A stretch of DNA of 64,000 nucleotides from Escherichia phage vB_EcoM_G2540. The stretch's first letter is position 1. Each line of letters starts with the position of its first letter. A program made the translations under genes and the position numbers. Location: the sequence record MK327936.1; one strand, given 5' to 3'. Under the pieces are notes generated by a model. The model worked only from the letters and a program-made list of their open reading frames with translations. It was not told the DNA's origin and did not search any database. Positions 43,139-53,359 of the stretch are shown piece by piece.

Positions 43139-45402
43139 TACAATTTACACGCTGCGCAATCATCGGCTTTTGGAGTTTCTATTTCATAATCATCAGTACC
43201 GGAACCATCACGAGTATTATGATAATAGAAATTTTTTCCGCCAAAATACCAGAAATACAAAAGGTCATCAATCATTATTGACATTGGAACCTTTCCTTTT
43301 GGAAAAATCTGCGGGTCATAGTATGTATTTGCTGAAGCTGATTGACATACCCATTTCAACATAATAGCTACCTGCGTAAGATAAGGTTTATTACCTTTCT
43401 TAGCTAATTTCCACGTATAATCATATAAGTCTATGTTATGCTCAATATTGGGCACGACTTGATTAAAGGAACCCTCTTTTGATTCTTTAACAGAGACTGG
43501 TCCACGTGGAGGCTCGATACCGTTTGTACTGTTAGAAACTTGGGAAGATGACTCACATGGCATAAGTGCTGATAATGTGCTATTACGGATGCCAAAGAGC
43601 TTAAGGTCTTCCCGCAGCGACGACCAGTCACAAACGTATTTTGGAGCTGCGATTTGGTCAATCTTTTTATTGTACCAGTCGATAGGTAATTCGCCTCGAG
43701 ACCAACGAGTGTCTGAATAATATTCGCAAGGTCCTTTTTCTTTGGCGAGCTTAATGGATGCTTTAATGAGTCCATACTGTAATCTCTCAAATAGTTCATG
43801 TGTTAAATCGTTAGCATCTTCATAAGAAGCAAAGTTACTTGCCAGCCAAGCCGCATAGTTAGTAACACCTACACCGAGGTTACGACGCTTTTTAGCTTTT
43901 TCTGCTTCAGGAACTGGATATCCTTGGTAATCCAAAAGATTATCAAGAGCACGAACTTGAACTTCTGCCAATTCATTAATTTTATCTTGGTCTTGCCAGT
44001 CAAAATTATCTAATACGAATGCAGAGAGAGTACACAATCCAATTTCAGCATCAGGACTATTCACATCATTTGTTGGAATAGCAATTTCACAGCACAAGTT
44101 ACTCTGACGAATAGGTGCCTTTTCACGAATAAACGGAGTGTAGTTATTCGTATTATCAATGAACTGCACATAAATCCTTGCTGTTCCTGAACGTTCAGTC
44201 ATGAGCAATTCAAATAGTTCACGGGCTTTAATACGCTTTTTACGAATATTAGGGTCTTTTTCTGCTGCTTCGTATAATTCACGGAAACGGTCTTGGTCTT
44301 TAAAATAAGAATAATAAAGCTCGCCACCCATTTCATGCGGACTGAACAAAGTAATGTAATCGTTCTTTCCAAAACGTTCCATCATTAGGTCATTCAGTTG
44401 AACACCATAATCCATATGACGAATGCGGTTTTCTTCTACGCCTTTGTTATTTTTCAAAACGAGAAGATTTTCAACTTCCAAATGCCAAATAGGATAATAA
44501 GCAGTAGCAGCGCCGCCACGAATTCCACCCTGTGAACATGATTTAACTGCAGTCTGAAAATGTTTCCAAAAAGGAATAACACCAGTATGGCGTACTTCAC
44601 CCATGCCAATCTTAGAACCTTCAGCACGAATCATACCAACGTTAATACCAATTCCAGCGCGTTTAGAGATATATTCAACAATTGAAGCGGAAGCCTTATT
44701 GATAGACTTCAATGAATCTCCTGCCTCAATAACAACACATGAACTAAACTGTCGAGTCGGAGTACGGCAACCAGCCATAATAGGAGTTGGCAATGAAATC
44801 TGTCGAGTAGATACTGCTTCATAAAAACGGATAACATGTTTTAATCTATCAACAGGTTCATCTTGATGCAATGCCATTCCAATAGCCATAAATGCAAACT
44901 GTGGAGTTTCATAAATTTGACCAGTGGTTTTATCTTTAACTAGATATTTTTCTTTTAATTGCATCGCCCCGGAATAAGTAAATTCCATATCCCGTTCGTG
45001 CTTAATTTTTGATTCTAAAAATGTAATTTCTTCTGCTGAATATTTTGACAATAATTCAGGGTCATATTTACCTTCATTTACGCAGTAAGAAATATGGTCA
45101 ATAAATGAACGTGGTTCATACTGCCCATAAACATGCTTACGAAGAGCAAACATTAAACAGCGGGCAGCTACATATTGGTAATCAGGCTCTTCAACCGAAA
45201 TAGAATTCGCAGCAGCCTTAATGACAATAGTCTGAATATCATCAGTTGTCATTCCATCACGGAGATAAGATTTAATGTTTTCATATAATTCATAAGGATC
45301 TACTGATGTTCCTTCAGCTGCCCAAGATAAAACTTTAATAATTTTTTGTGGGTCAAAGCTCTGAGAAACACCACTACTTTTGATAACATTAATTAATTGC
45401 AT
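43138..45402 (-). CDS. nrdA: Ribonucleotide reductase alpha subunit NrdA (754 aa)
   Basis: 754 aa; N-terminus [21 protein letters not shown] and C-terminal redox Cys pair ...DDCAACKL. Confidence 0.95.
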   Translation of the reverse strand: MQLINVIKSSGVSQSFDPQKIIKVLSWAAEGTSVDPYELYENIKSYLRDGMTTDDIQTIVIKAAANSISVEEPDYQYVAARCLMFALRKHVYGQYEPRSFIDHISYCVNEGKYDPELLSKYSAEEITFLESKIKHERDMEFTYSGAMQLKEKYLVKDKTTGQIYETPQFAFMAIGMALHQDEPVDRLKHVIRFYEAVSTRQISLPTPIMAGCRTPTRQFSSCVVIEAGDSLKSINKASASIVEYISKRAGIGINVGMIRAEGSKIGMGEVRHTGVIPFWKHFQTAVKSCSQGGIRGGAATAYYPIWHLEVENLLVLKNNKGVEENRIRHMDYGVQLNDLMMERFGKNDYITLFSPHEMGGELYYSYFKDQDRFRELYEAAEKDPNIRKKRIKARELFELLMTERSGTARIYVQFIDNTNNYTPFIREKAPIRQSNLCCEIAIPTNDVNSPDAEIGLCTLSAFVLDNFDWQDQDKINELAEVQVRALDNLLDYQGYPVPEAEKAKKRRNLGVGVTNYAAWLASNFASYEDANDLTHELFERLQYGLIKASIKLAKEKGPCEYYSDTRWSRGELPIDWYNKKIDQIAAPKYVCDWSSLREDLKLFGIRNSTLSALMPCESSSQVSNSTNGIEPPRGPVSVKESKEGSFNQVVPNIEHNIDLYDYTWKLAKKGNKPYLTQVAIMLKWVCQSASANTYYDPQIFPKGKVPMSIMIDDLLYFWYFGGKNFYYHNTRDGSGTDDYEIETPKADDCAACKL

Positions 45403-45719
45403 AAGTCCTCAACTTGAAAATCGTCTTTAAACAATCGGTTAACTATATGAGCTATTATATCACCATGACACGGCTTTGGTTTACATGTGCATCCTAGCCT
45501 CATTCCACGTAAAGGCTCTAAATGTGCTTTAGTTATTTCTCCGGATTTAATTCGACGTATAAAATCTTTTTTGAATAATTCAATGGCAGCCTCCCGGCTG
45601 CCAGCATCTTTACCGACGTAATTTCCCCAAAATGTACCGCGGTGAATATTAACATCAAAGTCGGATTTGTATTTATTCACTACCCGGCATAGACGGCCCG
45701 GTTGGTAATAATTCTTCAT
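45393..45719 (-). CDS. Hypothetical protein with Cys/His cluster (nrdA.1 position)
   Basis: 108 aa; motif [12 protein letters not shown]. Confidence 0.5.
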   Translation of the reverse strand: MKNYYQPGRLCRVVNKYKSDFDVNIHRGTFWGNYVGKDAGSREAAIELFKKDFIRRIKSGEITKAHLEPLRGMRLGCTCKPKPCHGDIIAHIVNRLFKDDFQVEDLCN

Positions 45720-45948
45720 ATTGTTTTTCCGTTAAAACAGTAATATCGTAGTAACAGTCAGAAGAAGTTTTAACTGTGGAAATTTTATTATCAAAATACT
45801 CACGAGTCATTTTATGAGTATAATATTTTTTGCCATAAATGATAATAGGCTGATTTGGTCCTGGAACTTCTAACTCGCTTGGGTTAGGAAGTGTAAAAAG
45901 AACAACGTCAGAAGTATCTTTAAATCGTAAAATCATAAATCCTCGCAA
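45673..45948 (-). CDS. Hypothetical protein (nrdA.2 position)
   Basis: 91 aa ORF overlapping the previous by 47 nt. Confidence 0.4.
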   Translation of the reverse strand: MRGFMILRFKDTSDVVLFTLPNPSELEVPGPNQPIIIYGKKYYTHKMTREYFDNKISTVKTSSDCYYDITVLTEKQYEELLPTGPSMPGSE

Positions 45949-45956
45949 TAATAAAA

Positions 45957-46268
45957 TTATACCGCCATCTTTCCTTTAATTGGCGGGTGAGATACATAGT
46001 CGTTAAGAACAAAATTATGCGGCTTTGCGAATTGACTCAACCAAAATACCTGTGATTCTGTGTCCCATTCATCAAATTCATCTGGGAATTTTAATTGTAA
46101 TTCGCATAAATCCATAGGTTCACGACGCAAAATTTCTTTACATTGTTCTACGTGATTCATATAGATATGAGTATTACCGCCAGAAAATATCAAATCTCCC
46201 GGAATAAGATTACATATCTTAGCTACAATATGAACTAACGTAGCATATGATGCAATATTAAACGGTAG
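45957..46268 (-). CDS. td: Thymidylate synthase, exon 2 (C-terminal 103 aa)
   Basis: Reading [17 protein letters not shown]... continues the thymidylate synthase sequence; the ATG just upstream is the intron 3' end (terminal G). Confidence 0.9.
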   Translation of the reverse strand, partial: LPFNIASYATLVHIVAKICNLIPGDLIFSGGNTHIYMNHVEQCKEILRREPMDLCELQLKFPDEFDEWDTESQVFWLSQFAKPHNFVLNDYVSHPPIKGKMAV

Positions 46269-47284
46269 CATTATGTTCAGATAAGGTCGTTAATCTTACC
46301 CCGGAATTATATCCAGCTACATGTCACCATGCAGAGCAGACTATATCTCCAACTTGTTAAAGCAAGTTGTCTATCGTTTCGAGTCACTTGACCCTACTCC
46401 CCAAAGGGATAGTCGTTAGGCATTTATGTAGAACCAATTCCATTTATCAGATTTTACACGATAAGTAACTAATCCAGACGAAATTTTAAAATGTCTAGCT
46501 GCATCTGCTGCACATTCAAAAATAACCCCATCACATGAAATCTTTTTAATATTACTAGGCTTTTTACCTTTCATCTTTTCTGATATTTTAGATTTAGTTA
46601 TGTCTGAATGCTTATGATTAAAGAATGAATTATTTTCACCTGAACGATTTCTGCATTTACTACAAGTATAAGCAGAAGTTTGTATGCGAACACCGCACTT
46701 ACAAAACTTATGGGTTTCTGGATTCCAACGCCCATTTTTACTTCCGGGTTTACTGTAAAGAGCTTTCCGACCATCAGGTCCAAGTTTAAGCATCTTAGCT
46801 TTAACAGTTTCAGAACGTTTCTTAATAATTTCTTCTTTTAATGGATGCGTAGAACATGTATCACCAAACGTTGCATCAGCAATATTGTATCCATTAATTT
46901 TAGAATTAAGCTCTTTAATCCAAAAATTTTCTCGTTCAATAATCAAATCTTTCTCATATGGAATTTCTTCCAAAATAGAACATTCAAACACATTACCATG
47001 TTTGTTAAAAGACCTCTGAAGTTTTATAGAAGAATGGCATCCTTTTTCTAAATCTTTAAAATGCCTCTTCCATCTCTTTTCAAAATCTTTAGCACTTCCT
47101 ACATATACTTTATTGTTTAAAGTATTTTTAATCTGATAAATTCCGCTTTTCATAAATACCTCTTTGAATATAGAAGTATTTATTAAAGGGCAGTCCTACA
47201 ATTTAGCACGGGATTGTCTACTAGAGAGTTTCCCCGTTTAGATAGATTACAAGTATAAGTCACCTTATACTCAGGCCTCAATTA
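46269..47284 (-). mobile_element. Self-splicing group I intron in td (1016 nt) carrying the I-TevI ORF
   Basis: Exon 1 ends ...TTGGGT at 47285, followed on the coding strand by TAATTGAGGCCTGAGTATAAGGTGACTTATACTTG; intron ends ...AATG before exon 2; length 1016 nt. Confidence 0.9.
46416..47153 (-). CDS. GIY-YIG homing endonuclease I-TevI (245 aa), intron-encoded
   Basis: 245 aa; N-terminal GIY-YIG (SGIYQIKNTLNNKVYVGSA), zinc finger CKCG...CSKC, C-terminal HTH DNA-binding region; matches recalled I-TevI. Confidence 0.92.
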   Translation of the reverse strand: MKSGIYQIKNTLNNKVYVGSAKDFEKRWKRHFKDLEKGCHSSIKLQRSFNKHGNVFECSILEEIPYEKDLIIERENFWIKELNSKINGYNIADATFGDTCSTHPLKEEIIKKRSETVKAKMLKLGPDGRKALYSKPGSKNGRWNPETHKFCKCGVRIQTSAYTCSKCRNRSGENNSFFNHKHSDITKSKISEKMKGKKPSNIKKISCDGVIFECAADAARHFKISSGLVTYRVKSDKWNWFYINA

Positions 47285-47833
47285 ACCCAAGAAAACATCT
47301 ACCGAACGTTGATACCACTGAAGGTCAAGGTATCCATTACGAACATTAAATTGATAGAACATATGACAAGGAGGTAATGCCATATATTTAAGTTCAGCTG
47401 GATTCCATGCTGAAACAATTTGACGCCTATCATTTGGCAGTTTTTTAATACGATCAATAACTTCTATAATTTGGTCTACACCACCAAAATCACGCCACTG
47501 TTTTCCATAAATTGGACCAAGTTCACCGCTATGGTATCCTAAATCTTTTGCTTGATTTTCGTAATTTTCATCCCAAACTGTTTTGCCTTGGATTAACGAA
47601 TCATGTTGAATTAATCGCAAATCATTGACATTTGTGCTTCCCGATAAAAACCATAGAAGCTCAGCAATACATGCATTCCACGCAAGCTTCTTAGTTGTTA
47701 CCGCAGGAAAACCTTTAGTTAAATCCCAGCGTAATTTAGTACCGAACAAAGCAATTGTTCCTGTGCCTGTTCGGTCATCGGTTTCATAGCCATTTTCAAA
47801 AATGTCTTTAATTAAATCTTGGTATTGTTTCAT
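47285..47833 (-). CDS. td: Thymidylate synthase, exon 1 (N-terminal 183 aa)
   Basis: MKQYQDLIKDIFENGYETDDRTGTGT... with active-site context ALPPCHMFYQF; ends ...SVDVFLG at the 5' splice site. Confidence 0.92.
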
Positions 47834-47877
47834 TTAGTACCTTATATAAATTATAATACATTTTATGAAGCTAATAA

Positions 47878-48225
47878 TCAATACGGTTTAGCATCAAATT
47901 TTCTTTCAATTTCAGGCGTAAAATACAATTCTTTACCACGCTTGGAAAAGCGACCAATAATATGATAATTATTCTCATCAAACGTGATATTGCCGATATC
48001 CATAGCTTTCAACCAAATATCGATATTTCTGTCAAGCTTTATATCAAAATTCCAATACGGAGAACTATTACCGAAAATACTGCAAGCGGATTCAGTGAAA
48101 CAACTGCTATAAATTTTGTCTTTAGGAACTACTAATTGATAGACGCCTTTAATAAACTGAGGACCCTGCCATTTTGGTTGTTTCGCGTCTTTTTCTAATA
48201 GAATAGGGTAATAATTAAAATTCAT
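47878..48225 (-). CDS. Hypothetical protein between frd and td
   Basis: 115 aa ORF. Confidence 0.5.
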   Translation of the reverse strand: MNFNYYPILLEKDAKQPKWQGPQFIKGVYQLVVPKDKIYSSCFTESACSIFGNSSPYWNFDIKLDRNIDIWLKAMDIGNITFDENNYHIIGRFSKRGKELYFTPEIERKFDAKPY

Positions 48226-48244
48226 ATTTTCCGCCAGTGTTATT

Positions 48245-49074
<830 letters not shown>

Positions 49075-49085
49075 ATTATCTCCTA

Positions 49086-49418
49086 TTAAAAAGGATCAGG
49101 AACATATCCACTAGCTTTAATCATTTTAACTAATGTTACCATTCCTTTGTTAACTGCTTGTGAGATTTCATCAAAAACTTCATCATTAAAAAGTTCTAGC
49201 ACACCCTTCTGAACTTTTAATTTACAGCCAACAATTTCGTCATCGCCTATAGTAAATTCATTACCGCCAATTCCACCGAAAAACTTAATTACACCAGTTA
49301 ACTGTCTTCCACGAGAATATGGGTCATGTGATAAAGTAATATGAGTCACCCCAGGTACAGTTTTAAATTGACAGCGAATGTTTACTTGAGAAATTCCAGT
49401 TACATGAATGTCAGACAT
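49086..49418 (-). CDS. Hypothetical protein (frd.2 position)
   Basis: 110 aa ORF. Confidence 0.5.
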   Translation of the reverse strand: MSDIHVTGISQVNIRCQFKTVPGVTHITLSHDPYSRGRQLTGVIKFFGGIGGNEFTIGDDEIVGCKLKVQKGVLELFNDEVFDEISQAVNKGMVTLVKMIKASGYVPDPF

Positions 49419-49428
49419 AATATTTTCC

Positions 49429-49671
49429 TCAAACAGACTTTTTCACAGTTTTCCAATCAGCTTTAAACTGCTCGACGTCAGAATGGTAAATCCAGAATCC
49501 TGCGCTTTCTCCGTCTTCATAAAGAGGACATCCATCGCATTCATCTTCCCATCCCATATCACGTAAAAGATGTTCAGCTTTTTCAACAAGTTCAGAATCT
49601 TTACCGATGATATTAAAATACCATTTACCTCTAACTTCTGAATCTTTGATGCTCTGGCGTTGTAATCTCAT
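49429..49671 (-). CDS. Hypothetical protein (frd.3 position)
   Basis: 80 aa ORF. Confidence 0.5.
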   Translation of the reverse strand: MRLQRQSIKDSEVRGKWYFNIIGKDSELVEKAEHLLRDMGWEDECDGCPLYEDGESAGFWIYHSDVEQFKADWKTVKKSV

Positions 49672-49725
49672 TTTATTCTCCTTAATTGATAGGGTAATAG
49701 TATCACGCTACTACCCTTCTGTAAA

Positions 49726-49935
49726 CTACTTTTTAAAAGTTTTTCGCAAAAGTTCAATGATTTCATCTACATTGTTTTCGTCAACAATGCAGTGAATTTT
49801 TGTTACGCCAGAAACCGGGTCTTTGACTTCATCTTTTTCAGAAGTCGGTTCTTTATACTCACGAAAACAATGAAATTCGTCTTCGCAAATTTCTAAAAGT
49901 CTATCTTTGAGGTAAAATGTTTTCCATTTGCGCAT
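49726..49935 (-). CDS. Hypothetical protein
   Basis: 69 aa ORF; overlaps next ORF by 43 nt. Confidence 0.4.
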   Translation of the reverse strand: MRKWKTFYLKDRLLEICEDEFHCFREYKEPTSEKDEVKDPVSGVTKIHCIVDENNVDEIIELLRKTFKK

Positions 49936-50105
49936 TCAATGTGTTTTACTGCTTTATATCCATTAGCGACGGAAACTTCTTTAACTTCAAACCATCCGCC
50001 ATTCTCTCGAATGGCTTTAACTATTGATGAATTAGAACGTGGGCTATAATTAATAAATGTATCAATAAGTCTTGGAACAAGTTCATACTTTTTACCGGTA
50101 TACAT
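49893..50105 (-). CDS. Hypothetical protein
   Basis: 70 aa ORF. Confidence 0.4.
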   Translation of the reverse strand: MYTGKKYELVPRLIDTFINYSPRSNSSIVKAIRENGGWFEVKEVSVANGYKAVKHIECANGKHFTSKIDF

Positions 50106-50149
50106 TACGGTTTCCTCATTTTAACGGGGCGGTAATAGCCCCTTGATAA

Positions 50150-50377
50150 TTATTGTTCAATCAGTCCCATGTAAAATTCTGCGTCTTCAGAATCCATGTC
50201 ATCACAATATTCATTAGCCATAAAGAGGGTGAGGTCTTCAAGAGGACCTTTAATAACGATTTGAATACTCCAAAACTTAGAATCTTGCACGCTTGTGATA
50301 CTAAGTTCAGGATAACGATTACGAATAATCTCTTCAATATATTCAAAATCAACGATGTCAATATCAACTTTAGCCAT
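50150..50377 (-). CDS. Hypothetical acidic protein, 75 aa
   Basis: Internal ATG at 50377 with GAGGA SD chosen; the longer track ORF would run through the gene 32 terminator hairpin. Confidence 0.45.
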   Translation of the reverse strand: MAKVDIDIVDFEYIEEIIRNRYPELSITSVQDSKFWSIQIVIKGPLEDLTLFMANEYCDDMDSEDAEFYMGLIEQ

Positions 50378-50482
50378 ATTATTTTCCTCTTTAATCATCA
50401 GCAGTATTGCCGATAGTTGTATAGTACCATGGAAGGACAAGGATGTAAACAGCTTTGTGAAAAATTTTTGAAATAAAAAAAA

Positions 50483-50501
50483 GGGGACCTCTAGGGTCCC
50501 C
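50483..50501 (-). terminator. Intrinsic terminator downstream of gene 32
   Basis: Minus strand GGGGACC-loop-GGTCCCC followed by TTTTTTTTATTTC. Confidence 0.75.
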
Positions 50502-50525
50502 AATTAATTAGTATAATATAATCTG

Positions 50526-51431
50526 TTAAAGGTCATTCAAAAGGTCATCCAGGTCCGTGTCATCAGCACTAGATGAACTGCCAGAGCTTGAGCTCATAAA
50601 ATCATCTTCAGTTTTTGTTTTGAAGTCATCAACATTGAATGCATCCAAATCATCAGCAACTTTATCAGCTTTCTTAGCGGCAGTTGCTGCGGCACCGCCC
50701 ATCACAGCAGTTCCCATGACTTGACCGAATTTAGTGCTCAGTTCTTCAAATGATTTGAATTTATCTTTAGAAGTCATTTCAGAAAGGTCAACCATTTGTT
50801 CGAACAGTTCTTTCTGGAAAGATTCATCATCAATGTTTGGAATCGCAGATTGATTCAGGAATTTAGATTCGTCGTAGTTACTAAATCCAGAAACCTGTTT
50901 AACTTTCAGTACAAAGTTAGCACCTTCCCACGGACAAGTTACATCAACTGGAGTTTCACCCATTTCAACATCAACCGCAATCATTGCATTGATTTTATCC
51001 CAGATTTTCTTACCAAAACGGTATTTAAATACTTTACCTTCATTTTCTGGAGCAGCTGGGTCTTTTACAACAAGAATGTTAGCCCAGTAAGAAGTTTTAC
51101 GTTTAACAAGACTGTACTCTTTATTGTCAGTGTTGTACAGATCATTTTTACTGATGTATTGACATACTGGGCAAGAATCGTAATCACCATGGGTAGATGA
51201 ACATGTTTCAATATACCATTTACCATTTTTCTTGAAACCGTGATTTACAAGAATTGCGAATGGTGCTTGTTCATCATTTTTAGACGGAAGAAAACGAATT
51301 ACTGCTTGACCGTTACCCGCATTATCGAGTTTCAGTTTCCACTCGCCTTTATCTTCAGAAGAAAAACCTTTATTGCCATTCAGTTTAGCCATTTGTGCAG
51401 CAAGTTCAGCAGTAGATTTACGTTTAAACAT
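50526..51431 (-). CDS. 32: Single-stranded DNA-binding protein gp32 (301 aa)
   Basis: 301 aa; [47 protein letters not shown] matches T4 gp32; Ser/Asp-rich acidic C-terminus. Confidence 0.95.
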
Positions 51432-51490
51432 TTTTATTTCCTTTTTAATTTAATTAACAGTTGGTGCTATGACACTTTACCTCATAGCTG
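51432..51490 (-). promoter_or_regulatory. Gene 32 translational operator (A/U-rich unstructured region plus upstream pseudoknot)
   Basis: 5' UTR reads AUGAGGUAAAGUGUCAUAGCACCAACUGUUAAUUAAAUUAAAAAGGAAAUAAAA-AUG, matching the recalled gp32 autoregulatory leader. Confidence 0.65.
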
Positions 51491-52114
51491 GCATAATTCG
51501 CAATACTCTGGGTCTTCGAGAGGTATCCAACCCGAGTTGAAATACTTTACCATCGATTTAGCAGTTGTATCAGTTATATTTATATTACCTTTAACTCTTC
51601 GCCATCCAGGAGTTTTACCGTACAGATTAGAGGATAATAATAACACATAATTCTCGTAAGCAATATGAGATAATTTCCAAGACTCTATATTAGCTCGTGA
51701 TGTTTTCCAAGGTCTGAAATCGTCACGGTTCATATAATTAGCCAATCTCATATGCTCTCTAACTTCCGGGTCTTTAGCTGGGTGAGTTTCACCACTCACA
51801 CCAAATCCGCCGCCAGCATATACCAGATTAAAATAGTCTGGATTATCTCTGGCATTTACTTCAAGTTGGTATTTTCGCTCTGCTTCAATAACATCCAAAT
51901 CATCATCAATTTGAATTATTTTAACGCTCGGTTTTTGAAGCATTACCGCATTTAAAAATCTTTTTTGTTTACACGAACTCCAGTATTCCTTTCCGGAAGA
52001 GTCATATATTATTCCGTTCTCAAATGAGCAATTTAATTTACTACCGATATAGTAGTATGGCGGAGTCTTATTTTTGACACGGTCTTCAAATGTAAACCAA
52101 TATACTATATTCAT
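51482..52114 (-). CDS. segG: GIY-YIG (Seg-type) homing endonuclease-like protein, 210 aa
   Basis: N-terminus NIVYWFTFEDRVKNKTPPYYYIGSK resembles GIY-(10)-YIG; inserted between genes 32 and 59. Confidence 0.65.
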   Translation of the reverse strand: MNIVYWFTFEDRVKNKTPPYYYIGSKLNCSFENGIIYDSSGKEYWSSCKQKRFLNAVMLQKPSVKIIQIDDDLDVIEAERKYQLEVNARDNPDYFNLVYAGGGFGVSGETHPAKDPEVREHMRLANYMNRDDFRPWKTSRANIESWKLSHIAYENYVLLLSSNLYGKTPGWRRVKGNINITDTTAKSMVKYFNSGWIPLEDPEYCELCQL

Positions 52115-52115
52115 A

Positions 52116-52769
52116 TCAATACTTGCAAGATTTCACAGTTTCAATGAAAACACTTTTAGCTTTCTGCGAATCAATATTTAAAATTTTTCTATAAGCCTTT
52201 AACTTTATAGAATAATTATTCCAGACTAAATTATCAGTCTGTTCATCATGTTTATCGATTATATTTAAAAACGAATCAAGCAAGATAAACGTCTCAAACG
52301 AAATTATATTCGATTGAAGTAGTTTAAAAATATAACTTGATTGAACTTTTGGATTATATTCAAAAATTTCTTTAAAAGCAGAAACTTCAACTTTTTTACT
52401 AAAATAATAAATGTTGCGAATATCTTCTTCAAACTTAAATTTAATTTGCTTTAAGCGTCCGATATATTCACGATAAAACACAAGTGCATCAGCGTCAGAG
52501 ATGTCACCAATCCAAGCATCTTGGTTAGCAACAAGATTGCTTATAAAGATTAAAGCAAGTTCCTTTAATTTATATTTTTCTGATAACTTCTGGAAAAAAT
52601 ACTTATCCCTTCGCTTTTGATAAGCGGCATCAGACACCCGCATGCACCAATTGTACTTAATAACATCATATTTTCCATTCATATGTTGTTTTATCATTAA
52701 GTATAATTTATAAACTGATTTACCATCAATGTATCTTTCACCACCAGCAGGCATGCGGAGTTTAATCAT
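52116..52769 (-). CDS. 59: Helicase loader gp59 (217 aa)
   Basis: 217 aa, matches recalled T4 gp59. Confidence 0.9.
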   Translation of the reverse strand: MIKLRMPAGGERYIDGKSVYKLYLMIKQHMNGKYDVIKYNWCMRVSDAAYQKRRDKYFFQKLSEKYKLKELALIFISNLVANQDAWIGDISDADALVFYREYIGRLKQIKFKFEEDIRNIYYFSKKVEVSAFKEIFEYNPKVQSSYIFKLLQSNIISFETFILLDSFLNIIDKHDEQTDNLVWNNYSIKLKAYRKILNIDSQKAKSVFIETVKSCKY

Positions 52770-53104
52770 AGTAGAAAATCTAATGTATTAGTTTTTTCAC
52801 AACGAACAACAGAAGGACGTAAAAGATTTTCGTCAATAGCTTCTGACTGAATTTTTTCAATTATACCCGAAGGAATAAATTTAGCAAATTGAGTTTCAGG
52901 AATAGAATTTTCTTCCAAGAATGCTGTCGTAGCTTCAAGATAACTCATTCCAAACTCTTCTACCATTTTTTCAATAATAAATCCGTTTTCTTGACGATCA
53001 AGAAGCTTTGCTATTTCATCCTTTTCTTTCTTAATTGAAAGTTCTTTTTCTGAAAGACCGGTCTCATCGACCGGACGAATATCATTTAGAGAAAACTGTG
53101 TCAT
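52766..53104 (-). CDS. 33: Late transcription co-activator gp33 (112 aa)
   Basis: ATG at 53104 gives MTQFSLNDIRPVDETG; the track extension overlaps dsbA. Confidence 0.85.
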   Translation of the reverse strand: MTQFSLNDIRPVDETGLSEKELSIKKEKDEIAKLLDRQENGFIIEKMVEEFGMSYLEATTAFLEENSIPETQFAKFIPSGIIEKIQSEAIDENLLRPSVVRCEKTNTLDFLL

Positions 53105-53351
53105 AAAGTTCAACTACCTCTTCAGTTTCAGCTTCAAACACATCACGGTTATCTTTATGATACAAAGCTAATAGACGATTAAACATCTTACCATCAACGC
53201 CAAGTTCATCTTTGGCACGAATTCGAATATCTTTAATCAGTTCATTATAACCGGAAATTTTCAGTTTATGATCAGATGCTTCTTTAATAAATTTAGCCAA
53301 GTCTTCGCCATGGATAGCTTCATCAAATTCAACCATTTCTTTTTTAGCCAT
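53082..53351 (-). CDS. dsbA: Double-stranded DNA-binding protein DsbA (89 aa)
   Basis: 89 aa, conserved position between rnh and 33. Confidence 0.8.
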   Translation of the reverse strand: MAKKEMVEFDEAIHGEDLAKFIKEASDHKLKISGYNELIKDIRIRAKDELGVDGKMFNRLLALYHKDNRDVFEAETEEVVELYDTVFSK

Positions 53352-53359
53352 TATTCACC

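Noticed and set aside
50796-51200. 134-aa plus-strand ORF
   Set aside because: Antisense to gene 32, which is confidently assigned; no start signals.
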